Positions 37,694 to 52,143 of a DNA stretch of 64,000 bases are shown here, piece after piece. Every line of letters begins with the position of its first letter. Position 1 is the first letter of the stretch. The stretch is from Octopus sinensis (lineage: Eukaryota), in contig NC_043001.1 of assembly GCF_006345805.1 (NCBI RefSeq), positions 33,294,001 through 33,358,000 of the forward strand, in the 5' to 3' direction. Made by a program: the position numbers and the translations under genes. Below the pieces are notes generated by a model. The model saw nothing but the letters and a program-made list of their open reading frames with translations, did not search any database and had not been told where the DNA came from.

Positions 37694-38939
37694 TGTAGTT
37701 CCAGTAGAGAACTATTGAGAGTTGAATCGACAGGATATTAACTTGCCGGCTAAAGCTCGTATCATTCGTATCTCATCATTGGAACTCCAAGTATCCATGG
37801 CGAAAACATTCAATTCTTCGATAGTGTTACTGTATAAGTCTATAATGAATATTACGACATATCGTTGTAAATAGTTGTTTCACTGCTTATTTATTCATTT
37901 TCTTTTACAAAAGATAATATAGACTGCAGTGAGATTTGAATCAGAGAGATAAAACCATAAACCAACGTATGCATTTCTACTGACTTAGCTATATCCACAT
38001 ATAATATATTTCGTAAATGAACAGTGCTAATTTCTCAATCATCTTCTTTACGTATGACGCATGTCACACTGAAAGTACACCAGATTTAGTTGCTCTCCAT
38101 ATAGTACAAGAACAACAGAAACAATAAAACTCACGGGCCGCTTGCGATCCTAAGGTTTTATTGTTATGTTAACTAAAGTGACTAATGTAAAATTAATGAT
38201 GTGATGGTCAAAATTAAAATGATTGGGATTCAAGCATTTTCCTTTCTAACGCTTCTATTCAAGAACTACTATCCAGCGTTACATACGAGAACAAAATTAC
38301 GGTTCTACATAATAATATATATATACATATAAAGAATAGAGAGAGGAGAGAGAGAGAGAGACATACATACATATTTTTGCATATTTATATCCACATGCAA
38401 ATACGCTTGTATTGTACAATCATCATTGGAATGTTTCATACGAGAAAACAATTATGGGTATGCATAATACTATATATACATATACAGAATAGAGAATAGA
38501 TAGATAGATAGATACATACATACATACATACATACATACATACATAATACATACATACATACATATATACTACATAATATGCATATATATATATATATTA
38601 TATATAATATAGCAATTAAGGACAACTACTTAATAAGGAAAACTTAACAAGAAATTGTCAGGTAGATAGCGTAAAAAACCTCATAAGAGAAAAATTTCGA
38701 AAATAATTATTTCTTATTGAACATATTAATTTATATATAGAGGGCATTAACATACATGCCAGGAGGCATTCTACATACACGCCATACGCTAAGAGGTCTA
38801 TATATTTTTAAATGTCTTTCTTTGAAAAATTGCATTCGGTGGGATTAGTAGTAATATTTTGGTAGAAATGACTGATTTCCTCTTAGCGTATGCGTGTATG
38901 TAGAATGCGGCCTGGCATGTATGTATAATGCCCCCTCTA

Positions 38940-39280
<341 letters not shown>

Positions 39281-39503
39281 GCGTCGAGCTGGCAGAAACG
39301 TTAGCGCGCCGGCGAAATGCTTTGCGGTATTTCGTCTGCCGCTATGTTCTGAGTTCAAATTCCACCTAGGTCGACTTTGCGTTTCATCCTTTCGGGGGTT
39401 AATAAAGTACCAGTTTCGCACTGGGGTCGATGTAATCGACTTAATCCGTTTCTCTGTCCTTGTTTATCCTCTCTGGGTTAGCCCCTTGTGTGTAGTAAAG
39501 AAA

Positions 39504-39573
<70 letters not shown>

Positions 39574-40414
39574 TAAATAAAATAAAACATATGCATATAT
39601 ATAAACATATATGTATGTACCTACCTCTACATGTACATATACACGCATATATGAGTACAGGACACCAAAAAGACGTCAAACACAATGAGAAACGAAAACA
39701 TAGACACAAACCAAAGGAACTGGACATTTTTTAAACAACAAAAAAATAGAGTACAGGACAATTAACACAAAGAAAAAAACCCTTCTTCAGTCGCTATGGT
39801 TTCATCTACTCTACGTTTCGAAGGTGAAAGCGAGACGTATCTTCGACAAGAAACTTTCCTTCCTGCGAAAAGCAAATCAATTAAAATTCTGAGATCTTTT
39901 CGCAGAGGGGTAAAAAATGGTTAAAAAATGGTAAAAGAAACAGGACAGTAACGACAGTACAAATTATAAACAGTAAAAGACAGGACAAGGAAAAACAAGA
40001 TAAGAAGGGCTGTTAACGCCGAACGAAAACAAATATTGCGAACGCGGATTTTTTTTATGAACGACGAGCGGAGCAAAAAGAATTGTCGTCCATACCTTGA
40101 GAGGGCCAGGCCAGAAAGACAGCAACGGAAGTCTCGTCGCGGGTCAACGACGGGGGGGAAGAGGAGCAAGAGAAAGGGAGAGAAGGGGAATGGCTGCGAG
40201 GAAACCATGAAGAATTGAGAGGGGGAGAGAGAGAGAGAGTGAAGAATGAGAGAGAGGAAGAGACAAGTTAAGTAGAGGAAAAGGAAATCAAAGAATGAAG
40301 GCTGAGAAAGGGATGGGACAGAAAGGTTAAGAGTGCGCATCAAAGTTAATATCAAGAACAAAACTTGATATAAAGAACAATCTTACTTAAAAGGATGCGT
40401 GCGTTTCGTCATAT

Positions 40415-40467
<53 letters not shown>

Positions 40468-40659
40468 ATAATATATATATATTTATATATGTATGTAGAT
40501 ATATATATATATCCAGCTGCAAGCATTTTATATATTTAAACGTTGTATGCGTATGGTATGGTGTATGTGTGTGCGTGCATGTGTGTGTGTGTGTGTGTAT
40601 TAAAATTGCTCTATGGCGCTGTAAATTCTGTGGGTGAACAGTTAGCAAGGATTACTTAC

Positions 40660-40723
40660 CTTCGTCCGTGAGGCCGTTCGATAACTGAGCAGCGAAACAT
40701 AAAAGCATTAGAAACTGGAACAT
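40660..40723 (-). CDS. Kunitz gene 2, first coding exon: signal peptide (MFQFLMLLCFAAQLSNG|LTDE)
   Basis: Minus-strand acceptor ttttattttccAG (40730-29), ATG 40723, donor AAG|GTAAGT. The 64-nt exon is phase 1 and joins exon 2 in frame (G+CG=Ala). Confidence 0.85.
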
Positions 40724-40794
40724 ATTGCCTGGAAAATAAAATAAACGTTTATTGAGACATTCTGACATTTTGTTCAAAGTACTTTCGATTGTTG

Positions 40795-42490
40795 ATAGCT
40801 ATAACTTCTTTCGCTTCCTATAACCAGAAGAGAATTAATGCATTCGAGCTTTGGTGTTGGAGAAGACTTTTACGGATTCCATGGACAGCGAGGCTCACCA
40901 ATAGAGAAGTTCTTAAGCAGATCATGTCGAAAATGTCGCTAGAAGGTAGGATCACCAAGCATACGAGGGACGTTCTATAAGTAATGCCCCTGACCCACTT
41001 GCAGTTGTTTGATCTAGCTGAAAATTTGCATGTGCAATCATTTATATCTCTATAGATTAAGTGACGAATTACAGCTCTGAACTAATTGTGGTTTCTGATT
41101 TACAGGTGTTTGAACTGAGTCAAGGGTGAAATGGAGCCTGTTGAGTGTCGAGCAGTGATCAGGTTTTTGTATTTGAAAGGACGCACACCACGGGAGACCT
41201 TTGATGAAATGAAAGTAACTTATGGTGATGATGCCCCATCATATGACCTTGTAAAACGCTGGGATCGTGAATTCAAACATGGTCGGAACTCTGTGGAAAC
41301 AGCTCCCAGATCTGGTCACCCCCTTCTGCCATTGATGAGGCATCTGTCCGTCAAGTTGAGGCTGCCATTTTGGAAGATCGACGCATAATTATTCGCCAAA
41401 TAGCCCATGAGGTCAAGATTAGTACCGGATCTGTGGAAACTATCATTCATGACCATATGCAAAAGGTGTCTGCCAGATGGATTCCCAGGTTGCTCACGCC
41501 TTTCCAGAAGCAAGAACGCGTCGAGTGCTCGAGGATGAATTTGGAGATGTGCCAAGAAGATGAGTCAACATTTTTCAAAAGACTGATTACACAGGATGAA
41601 ACCTGGGTCCATCACGATGATCCAGAGACCAAAGCCCAGTCAATGCAGTGGAAGCACCGTGACTCATCCCCTCCAAAGAAGGTAAGGGTGCAGCCCTCCG
41701 CTGGCAAGGTCATGCTCACAGTCATCTGGGACCAGGACGGAGTAGTGATGACAGATTTCCTGGCAAAGAGTACCACAATTACAGGAGCCTATTATTCTTC
41801 ACTTTTGAGGAAATTAAGAGAAGTTATCAAAATCAAGAGGCGGGGCAAGATCAGCAAAGGCATCCTCCTCCTGCAGGACAACGCTCCGGTCCACAACTCG
41901 CTTGTCGCCAGATCAGAAGCACAGGCGTATGGCTATGAACTCCTCCCCCATCCCCCCTACTTTCCTGACCTTGCACCCTCTGATTTTCACCTCTTCCCAG
42001 TCATGAAGTTGTTTTTGAAAGGAAAGCGTTTCCCAGATGATGCAGCCTTGATTTCTGAAGTCACGTTGAGGTTGGAGGACCAAGCTGGGGTCTTCTACAA
42101 AAACGGTCTCCAGAGCTGCATCAAACGATGGTAGAAATGCGTAACTCTGGGTGGTTCCTATGTAGAAAATGACTAATAACTGTGCCAAGTTTCGTTGCTC
42201 TACTGCTATAGGAAGTGGGTCAGGGGCATTACTTATTGAACGCCCCTCGTAGATTGGCATATTTCGGTCATATTATGCGGAGAAAATCCATGGAGAAGGA
42301 CATCATGCTCGGAATGGTCAGCGGCAAGAGAGGAAGAGGCCGACCAAGAACCCGCTGGCTTCACACCATCAAGAGTGATACCGGAATGGACATAGCCAAT
42401 CTGAAAGAAGCGGCCCAGGATAAAACTGACTGGAGGACACTGATCCAACGAGTGACCGAGAGTCGACTTCGACTGAGCGGATAGATAAAT
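40795..42490 (+). mobile_element. RTE-clade LINE 3' fragment split by the mariner (40795-40963 and 42252-42490), with an (ATAG) tail
   Basis: RINAFELWCWRRLLRIPWT...ITKH|RLAYFGHIMRR...GKRGRGRPRTRW rejoins in frame when the mariner and one TA are removed. Confidence 0.88.
40964..42249 (+). mobile_element. Full-length mariner (DD34D) transposon; transposase 41131-42134 with one homopolymer frameshift
   Basis: TA TSD, ~37-bp TIRs with 2 mismatches (CGAGGG.CGTTC.ATAAGTAATGCCCCTGACCCACTT), and WIPRLL, TQDETWVH, LQDNAPVH and YFPDLAPSD motifs. Confidence 0.95.
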
Positions 42491-42779
42491 AGATAGGGAT
42501 AGTGCAATATGCAGCAATTCTTTCTGAATGCTGGCTGGCCTGTTATATAGATAGCTCATATATTGAATAGATAGCAAACTGGGTACAGAACCCGTGAGAG
42601 TTGGGTACAGGAATATATTGTGCATGGGCACTGGTACATTTCCTGCAAACTATAGAAATCTTTACAAATATTTATGGTATGGTTGAGAGCTCTCTCTTTC
42701 TCTCGAGTCGAACCCTCTTTTTTTGTGAGGCAATGTTAGTCTTCAATATCGAGCTACCTAAGTAGATGGATGGATGGAT

Positions 42780-42886
42780 GGAGGAATGGATCGATCGATC
42801 GATCGATCGATCGATAAACGGAATAGACAGACAGACAGACAAGCAGACAGACAGATAGACAGACAAACAGACAGATAGATAGAGAT

Positions 42887-42978
<92 letters not shown>

Positions 42979-42979
42979 T

Positions 42980-43070
<91 letters not shown>
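42780..43070. repeat. (GATA)n/(GACA)n microsatellite
   Basis: Direct reading. Confidence 0.95.
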
Positions 43071-43071
<1 letters not shown>

Positions 43072-43849
43072 ACTAAGTGAATATAATGCGTCATACATAT
43101 AATTATATATATATATATATATGACAAATGAAAGACGGAAGATGGAATATACGTGAATTTATTAATCACTACAATTGTTTCGACACATGTAGCATAGATC
43201 CCTCATGGTTGGGATCCTCATGGATCTCGTCGGGTGATAAATAGATACAACTCGTTAAAATAACAGTTCCGCAATGTAACTTATCGTTTTGTAGAAAGAA
43301 AAACAGCCAGACGGAGGAAATATCTTCATTAATATAGAAGATCGAAAATAAGATCACAGATGGCAAAAAGAGAAACTAAGACACAATCCAGCGAGAAAAG
43401 TATTAAAAATCGCCGTCAACAAATATGGATGTATAAACGCCATCGGGCAAGCTGCATGGCGCTAGTACACTCGCTCATACAAGCATCCGCGAAAATGTGA
43501 GCATACGCACACGTGAGGTTTGGTGCACTCATGATCACAAAGCGAGTTAACTATCTACTTGTCGTTACGTTCTGAGTTCAAATTCCGCCGAGGTTGACTT
43601 TGCTTTTCATCTTTCGGGGTCGATAAATAAAGTACCAGTTTCGCACTGGAGTCGATGTAATCGACTTAATCCCTTTGTCTGTCCTTGTTTGTCCCCTCTA
43701 TGTTTAGCCCCTTGTGGGCAATAAAGAAATATATCTACTTGGTGTTTGTAAGAATGGGGAGATTAAAAGTAAACTTCAGTCATCCATACCTTAAAGTAAA
43801 TTAAATCATGTTAACGGTTACTCAAAATTCATTCTCACTGCATTATACG

Positions 43850-44760
43850 AAAGTACATTTATATGCGTGTAGGCATCTCGAGAGTCTTTCAGAAATTATA
43901 TTAATGTTCTTCTCATTAGTCCATAGAATAGACAGGGATTCCTCGGTGTGGAGACGCCATCTTCTGGAAATTATATTGTAAGGTTTCGCGTACCTTTCTA
44001 TAAACCAAGTTATGCTGTATTTCATTTTAACCTCCTTCAGTCGCCATACAAAAGCTGCCAAAGATGTTGAATGTCTTAGAGCTGGCGATGTGGTAACGAT
44101 AACGATTCTCAAATCAATCAGCCGTCTGCCCAATGTAAACATACGGTCCTCCTCTTGTGTGCACGGTACATTTATATACAAGATTCGTACCCATACAGAG
44201 ATTCATCAAAGGACATTTTGATTTTTCTCTGTATGAGCATTTATCGTATTTATTTGTACATAAGGCAGTCCCGACTCCATTTATCGACATTGTTACCGTG
44301 TTAGCTGTATCGTAAGAATTTCTACTACTATGATTTGATCGTAATTGGTGTTTATCACTACTGTTTACATCTCCTTGGTTGGTATTTAGATGCATATGTT
44401 CGCTAGATCCAGTAGGTAGGTTATTGAACCTTTGCTGCATTTTGTTACTGTTTATGCGATGCATAGGTTGCTCTAAATTAGCAGAGTTGGCGTAGGATAC
44501 CTTCACGGTGTGCCGATTAAAAATAGCATGATACCAATTTAATTTCGGAAAACATTTGTCCAAAGCAGCAAAACATTTTCCAGCGATCTTGGTTGAAACA
44601 TGTGAACCGAAACCGGATTGAACCAGAAAACATCCTATATTTGTTGTTGGACTTATTTGGTCGAGTACGTTGTACAGGATTGGAAGGGTCGGTTTCCGTT
44701 TAAGGTTTGGGAAACTTTTCTCAGACAGATGCTTGTGTCTTTCATACATTTTCCTATCAG
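43850..44760 (-). mobile_element. Penelope-like element (probably Naiad-type) RT-thumb/linker plus GIY-YIG remnant
   Basis: IFNRHTVKVSY, CPL..C..LVYKCTV..YIGQT, then HSTSLAAFVWRLK..YSITW..KPYN after a stop and frameshift. Confidence 0.8.
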
Positions 44761-45401
44761 TTGAACCAAAACCAACAACTTTAGCCTATATTAATATGAA
44801 GGTTACTAGAGGTATAAAAGAGACATGAAAAACATTTTTTCGAGAAAGGAGCTACACTACTAAAAAAAATTCAAAATAATTTTCAGAATGTCCCGCAGTA
44901 CGAAGTTTTTTCTTAACCGTAATAAAGGTTTCTAGGGGACACTGTAGACAATATTCCAACAGTCATAGAGACGTTGGATTAAGATATATACCGCTGAGAA
45001 TATACTGCCCTAATATTCATTTAGCAACCATCCTGATGAGCAATGGAATTAAACTGCTGAACAACACAGTCATACTTATTTAAATCTAAACAATGCATTT
45101 CAACTGACAAAACTATGTCAACGGCCTATAATGTCATATGTACCCGGTCGGTATTAAGTCAGCATCATTGACGTTACATAGGCGTGGCTTATTTTACAGG
45201 CGCTAATATGATGTCAAATATAATTTTTACCATTTAAAGTGCGTTTTCTAATTTACTTATGGTATTGTGTATAGCATTATATTGTAATATATTTGGGATG
45301 TTATAAAGCGCACTGCAGATATTTTCATTAATTTGTAAATTCAATTCTACATGACTATTAGTATATCTGAGTTCTGATTACTAACGAAGTTCTTTGGTCT
45401 C

Positions 45402-45504
<103 letters not shown>

Positions 45505-45594
45505 TGTGTGTGTGTAAAATAATATGTGACAATTATTCAATAGCCAAGATAAAACTCTGAGTTTCGGATGCCGAAGTGGAAATCCACAACACCA

Positions 45595-45684
45595 TCTCTT
45601 CGGTTATCTGGCCATCTGAAAAAAGGGCAGGTATGACTTAACATCTGATTATCAACTATAAGAGGCCTAAAATGGAAAACACAG

Positions 45685-45721
<37 letters not shown>

Positions 45722-45838
45722 TGGTTCTAACTTTTTTCTTGAAGAGTTCGTTTAAATGAACGAAAACGTTAATAAAGAATTATCCAGATGGCCATGATAA
45801 CCGAAGAGAGTTACCATTTTTACCAATATATACATATA

Positions 45839-45885
<47 letters not shown>

Positions 45886-46106
45886 CATTGAGAAAAGGGG
45901 GTAATCAGAATTTTGGATAATTCTTTATTAACGTATCGTTCATTTAAACGAACTTCAAGAAAAAAGTTAGAAACAACAACATATATATATATATATATAT
46001 AAATTATATATATCATATATATATATATATATATATTAGTATATACATATTTATATATATAATATATATAATATGTATATATATATTATATATATATATA
46101 TAATAT

Positions 46107-46175
<69 letters not shown>

Positions 46176-46245
46176 CTGTGTTTTCCCTTTTAGGCCCCTT
46201 TTAGTTGATAATCAGATGTTAAGTCATACCTGTCCTTCCTCTTTC
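45595..46245. repeat. Imperfect inverted duplication interleaved with (TA)n tracts
   Basis: 45627-45786 reappears inverted as 45915-45975 and 46175-46235, with scattered indels. Confidence 0.75.
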
Positions 46246-47156
46246 TGGTTATCACCTCGTCTCTATATATCATTATCTTGCAAGCATCTTCTAAGACATA
46301 TTCTTTTATGTAGATATCGCTGATTTTGTGGTCAGAGTAAAATAGGGGCAGGGAAGAGTATCTGATATTAATAGTAATCGTTCTGGATCACTTCTCAACC
46401 TTTCAGAGTCGATAAACAAAGTACCTATCCTGTACTGGGTGTGATTCTTCTCTTTCTCTGACTCTCTTTTCTCCCCGTATGGAAGAAAATAACTGGAGAG
46501 GTAGGGGCTCCACCGGATCTAAAAAAAGAAAAAGAGCCCAGGGCACACAGTATTTATCACGATGGCAATCCTACAACTCCATCTCTCTCTATTTGCTCTG
46601 ATTACTATACTCCTTATTTCAGTAGTTTTTTTATCGCCAACCTACTTCCATTCTTCGAATTTCCTCACTCCCGCCTCTATGCCGGCATCAATAACTATAA
46701 CTCTTCCCTTTATTTCAATACCCATCCCTCTCTTTTCTCATCGTACCAACTTTCCTTTCTCAGTAGCTTTCCTGGCCACTTTATCCCAATCCCACTCCCT
46801 ACTTCGTTCATTGCTTCTTCCTCTAGTTCTATAGCCTCCACCATCCCCGATTAATAACATATTTTGTCAACGCACCTAACAACAACGCTACCTTTCACAA
46901 TACTAACGACCCCACCTCTTCCTAGTCATCTCTCGGCTGACCACTTCTACTTCTTTAATCCCCTGGACACTCCCTCCCTCTACCTACTCTGCCTCGCCTA
47001 TCACATTTTGCTCTTCCTCTACTTCAAGATTCTCCTCACCCCACCGAACGTTCTACATCCTTCTTCTCCCTGCTTCAATTTACCTTCTTCACCTATTCTA
47101 CCTTTAAACTCTCTCGCATTATGAGCTAAACTGCTAGTGCTAGTTGCCAATCTTTC

Positions 47157-47296
47157 TGCCCTGAAGAGGGAGGCCGGACTTACGGTAACTTTTATATGCA
47201 TCCACTACTGGTTGCATATCCTTAACTTTTTGCCCCTTCCATCTGCAAACATTACAACTATTACGCAATTCCGAGCCCCAGAAACAGCTGTCGGAC
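47157..47296 (+). ncRNA. Degenerate type I hammerhead motif with a long stem II insert
   Basis: CTGAAGA-GGG (47161), CCCCA-GAAAC-AGCT-GTC (47276-92), stem I reduced to 2 bp. Confidence 0.4.
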
Positions 47297-47438
47297 CTAA
47301 AATGTCATGCTCTTATTGTAATTTACTGCATTTTTTTTTGTATTCCATGTAAATTTGTCCACTAAAAATATAAATATCTATTTGCTTATACAAGAGTGTT
47401 CACCTTCTGAATATTTTCAGTTTTTGTTTCTCTTTCTC

Positions 47439-47518
<80 letters not shown>

Positions 47519-47519
47519 G

Positions 47520-47552
<33 letters not shown>

Positions 47553-48769
47553 GTGTGTGTATATATATATAAACACTTGTATATGCATATACCTATATAG
47601 CAAGCGCATGCGTGTTTATTTGAATATTTATTGTATATATATTATATATATATATATATAAAAGAGAGAGACATAAGTTATATTAAATCTCGGAGCGAGA
47701 GATAAACAGTAACTGTACGGAATCGTAAAATATAGTTGCCAACTAAATGTGGAGGTCCTATAGAGGACGGTTTTACTGTTGTGTTTAACGCCAGGAAGAG
47801 ATCTCATTCAGCTGGCCAATGACACACAGTCTGTATCCTTTCGCTGTATCCATTGCAATCTTTATGAAACTGAACGTACGTAAAATATTCCAGATACTTA
47901 ATATGTAGTATGTACACATTTACATATATAGACATTCAAACATGAACATATGTATAAGTAAAAATAGAAATCCGAACACACAATAAAATGCGTGAACACA
48001 TATACAGACGTTGATGGGAACATTCTTGTCCAAACTTCAGTATAATACAAGCATAACAAGCAAGACATGACTGCCTGGTACTGTGGAAAGAAATTGTGTC
48101 TAGTAGTTGAAATCATTTACTTGACAAATGTTAACATAATGTTGAAAGGGAAGACGTTCATGAGAAACTAATGTCTAATCCGCCGTTAATCCACATGATT
48201 ATAACAATAATTACAGGGGGTCTCGCATACGTAATTAGGTAATTATAGCTACAAGTGGTATTGTCAGGTTAGTCACCAATGACCCGGCCATGCATCTGTT
48301 TGTACTAAGTTAAATGTTACTTGTAGGCTACGAGAGCATCTTGACAATAGGCTGAACACTTTTAGAATGTCCTAAGCGGCCTATCTATCGTAAATGAGGA
48401 ACCAATAGATAACCTGATTCAGAATCCTATCAACACATCTCATGATGAAGTTCCTTCCTTTTTTCAAGCTAATCATTCTACCTTTAATGTAGCTTCAATT
48501 CCTGAGTGGGATTCAATTTCTACTTAAATATACACCTAAGCTATTTTCTTTATGTGGTGTGCAGTCTTTTCAAATATACTGCAATCATTCACCTGTACAA
48601 AACAAAGGTGACAACCAAGTAACAACCATAGAGGTATTTCCTTTTATCAATTACCTGTAAAGTCTCTGCACAAATAGCCCTGATCCGCCTAATTCATTAT
48701 TTTGCCACAAAGAATCTTCCAGAAGGTGAGTGTGGCATCCGTAGTGAAAGGTGCACTACTGTTTTTGAT

Positions 48770-49980
48770 ATTTGCTTCTATAAGACATACCCATAAGTGT
48801 ATAGAACAAAATCAAGCGATGTTTATGATTTTTGTTGATCTTTAGAAGCTTTTAGCGCAGAATGTGGAGATGATTCATTAAGAATCCTTGACAAATATGG
48901 TTATCTTTGCATGTTCATATGTACAGAATACCTTTTTCATGATTGCATGCTGGCGGGCATTAGAAGATATATCAGTATTATTTTCTGTCACAAAGGGTTT
49001 CAAACAAGGTTGTACCCTAACAGCTACACTATTCAGAGCTGTGTTTGCCACCATTTTATTTCAAAGCATCCATACCACTCCTATTTGGAATTCACATTAA
49101 GTACACAAATGATGGTAAAATTGCTCATTCTTCGCAAGCTTCAAGCAAAATTCAAAGTTCGGCATCAAAGAGTTTGTGGACAGTTCTTTGCAAATGATGA
49201 TGGAATTCTTGTGCAAGACGAGCCCAATATGCCAACATGTATCGGCCAATTCTCAGATTCCTGTAACAACTTTGGTCTCACTAGCAGTACTGCAAAAGTA
49301 GAAGTTTTGCATCGACCTGCTGTGTGTTAAACATAGCTTGTACCTCCTGAAATAAAACTATGCAGGTCTTCAACTAAAAATACCGACAACTTTGAATATC
49401 TGGGAAGTACGCTGTGCTCAAATGCCTCATTGATGTTGAAACATCATCAAATATTTTCGGAGTACAGTTTTTGGAAAACTGCGTCATAGTGGAACAACCC
49501 AAGTATTCGCATAAATATAGAAGGTCAAGTTTGCAATACTGTCGTCCACTCTCTTTAATGAAACACAAACTTGGAAAATGTACTAGTCTTACGCTAAAAC
49601 GCTTAGTCGATTTCGAGTTTTGCCTAAAGAACGTTCTATGCATAAAGTGGCGGGACAGAATTCTCGATACAGAATTTCTTAGATACGGCAATACAACCAG
49701 TCAGTTTTCTAAACTCAGGCAAATTCCTTTGTGTTGGGCTGGGCTTATTATCAAACTGCCTGACTAGACTGTCAAAAGCAATCTTCTTTTCTGAGCTTGT
49801 TTGGTGCATCTATAAGAGATCCAAAGATGCATTGAAACAGTTTTAAAAGACTGCAAGATCAACCCAAACTGACTTCAGGATTTTGTACAAGGTAAATCTT
49901 CTTAGAGGGAAGCTAGCACAAGGGGAGCCAAAGTGTTTGAATTTTTACGGCAAAATAAAAGCTCGCAAATTACACCCTAA
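48770..49980 (+). mobile_element. Degraded RTE-clade LINE reverse transcriptase fragment
   Basis: FVDL.K.F, TKGFKQGCTL and FANDD motifs, with many stops and frameshifts. Confidence 0.75.
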
Positions 49981-50331
49981 ATAATCTTGAAGTAAATGGT
50001 CTGTGCCAAATACCTCTCAGAATACACTTCTTTATCAGCCATAACAGAACCCATAAACCCTTAAATAAGCAATCTTCTAAGTTTTGCTTGTATCGTTTGT
50101 TTATTTTTTTGTTTTAAGCAGCTAGGCTCGAAGCTTGGTTGGTTGAAGGACTCTGAAAGAAGCTGCACAGAAAATTATGTCCGGTTGCGAGTGCAACAGC
50201 CTCTGTGCAATGGAAACTAGCGTAGGTCGTCATAACCATAAAAGTATGCTGTATGAAATTGTAAAATAAAAGGAAATACAATTTTTTGAGAATGTACCAG
50301 TCTCCATATTCTTTATCGTTATAATTATTGC

Positions 50332-50389
<58 letters not shown>

Positions 50390-52107
50390 CATTTATACAT
50401 ACATACATAGATATACACACTCGCATTTATATTTATATGCATGCATAAGTACATATATACATACATATGTGTGTGGATGGGTGTGCGCAGTTAGCTCTCA
50501 TTTAGCGGCTTAAATTTATCGTAGCTGTTTTACAAACTAAAAACGTTAACAAACTAAAAACAAATACACACTGGTGATCAAGCAGTACAAAGACAAACAC
50601 AATGAAATGCACATACTTACATTGTTACTTACAAGATGTTTGTTTGCCTGGGGATATTGCAGAAGACACTTGTGCAGAGTGCAAAGCAATGGGACTGAAC
50701 CTCGGACCATGTGGACGCGACACGAGCTTCTTAACCACACAGCCATGTCTGCGTCAGTATAGATAAATATACATTATAGATAGGAAGCACTCCGTCGGTT
50801 ACGACGACGAGGGTTCCTGTTGATCCGAATCAACGGAACAGCCTGCTCGTGAAATTAACGTGTAAGTGGCTGAGCACTCCACAGACACGTGTACCCTTAA
50901 CGGCCTTTGAAATACAGGTACAACAGAAACAGGAAGTAAGAGTGAGAGAAAGTTGTGATGAAAGAGTACAGCAGGGATCACCACCATCCCCTGCCGGAGC
51001 CTCGTGGAGCTTTAGGTGTTTTCGCTCAATAAACACTCACAAACGCCCGGTCTGGGAATCGAAACCGCGATCCTATGACCGCGAGTCCGCTGCCCTAACC
51101 ACTGGACCATTGCGCCTCCACTACATTATAGATAGATAGGCAGCGAGCAGGCAGAATCGTTAGCACGCCGGGTGAAATGCTAAGAGGTATTTCGTCCGTC
51201 CTTAGGTTCTGAGTTCAAATCCCACCGAGGCCAACTTTGCTTTATATTCTATCGGAATCGATAAAATAAGTACCAGTTGAGGGTTGGGATCGATGTAATC
51301 GACTTAAATACTCCTGAGTAAGAGTATAAAAACTGCACCCCTCTACCAAGTTATGTGAGCCAGTGTGGAAGAGTATTCTCATCACACTACTATGATCTCA
51401 AGTTCAAACTCACGGCCTCTTCGTCAGAATGTGTTTGAAGAAAACATGCAGAGGTCTTCGTCCTGCAGTGGACTGAACATAGACAATCCATTCTAGTACA
51501 TAGACAGATGGTGGTAAAAGGTTTACTTCCAAGCCATATAGTTCTGGATTCAGTCCCACTGCGTGGCACCTTGGACAAAGGTCATCAATTATAGGCGCGG
51601 ACTGACCAAAACGTTGGGAGCGGATTTAATAAACGAAAACTGAAAGAAATCTGTCGTTTGGGGAGGTGGTCTTTGTGAAGGTGTTTGTTCCCCCAAACTC
51701 ACCGATCGACAACCAATGTTGGTGTGTTTACATGGTTCTGGGTTCAGTCCCACTGCGTGGCACCTTGGGCAAGTATCTTCTACTATAGCCTCAGGCCGAC
51801 CAAAGTCGTGTAAGTGGATTTGGTAGACGGAAACTGAAAGAAGCCCGTCGTATATATGTATATGTTTATATATATATATATATATGTATGTTTGTGTGTT
51901 TGTGTGTCTGTGTTTGTCCCCCCAACATCGCTTGACAACCGATGCTGGTGTGTTTACGTCCCCGTAACTTAGCGGTTCGGCAAAAGAGCCCGAATGAATA
52001 AGTACTAGGCTTACAAAGAATAAGTCCTGAGGTCGATTTGCTCGACTACAGGCGGTGCTCCAGCATGGCCGCAGTCAAATGACAGAAAAAAGTAAAAGAG
52101 TAAAAGA

Positions 52108-52143
<36 letters not shown>

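Noticed and set aside
42672-43169. 165-aa ORF (LSIY repeats)
   Set aside because: Translation of (GATA)n.
44114-44116. In-frame TGA in the Naiad-like Penelope ORF as possible selenocysteine
   Set aside because: It is not at a Cys-equivalent position, it is followed by a frameshift, and I could see no SECIS. Ordinary decay is more likely.
45028-45075. CTGATGAG motif as a hammerhead ribozyme
   Set aside because: GAAA is degraded (TGAAC) and there is no stem I pairing.
48300-48612. Minus-strand acceptor TTTGTTTTGTACAG as an extra exon
   Set aside because: The downstream frames contain early stops, there is no convincing donor and no homology to the Kunitz exons.
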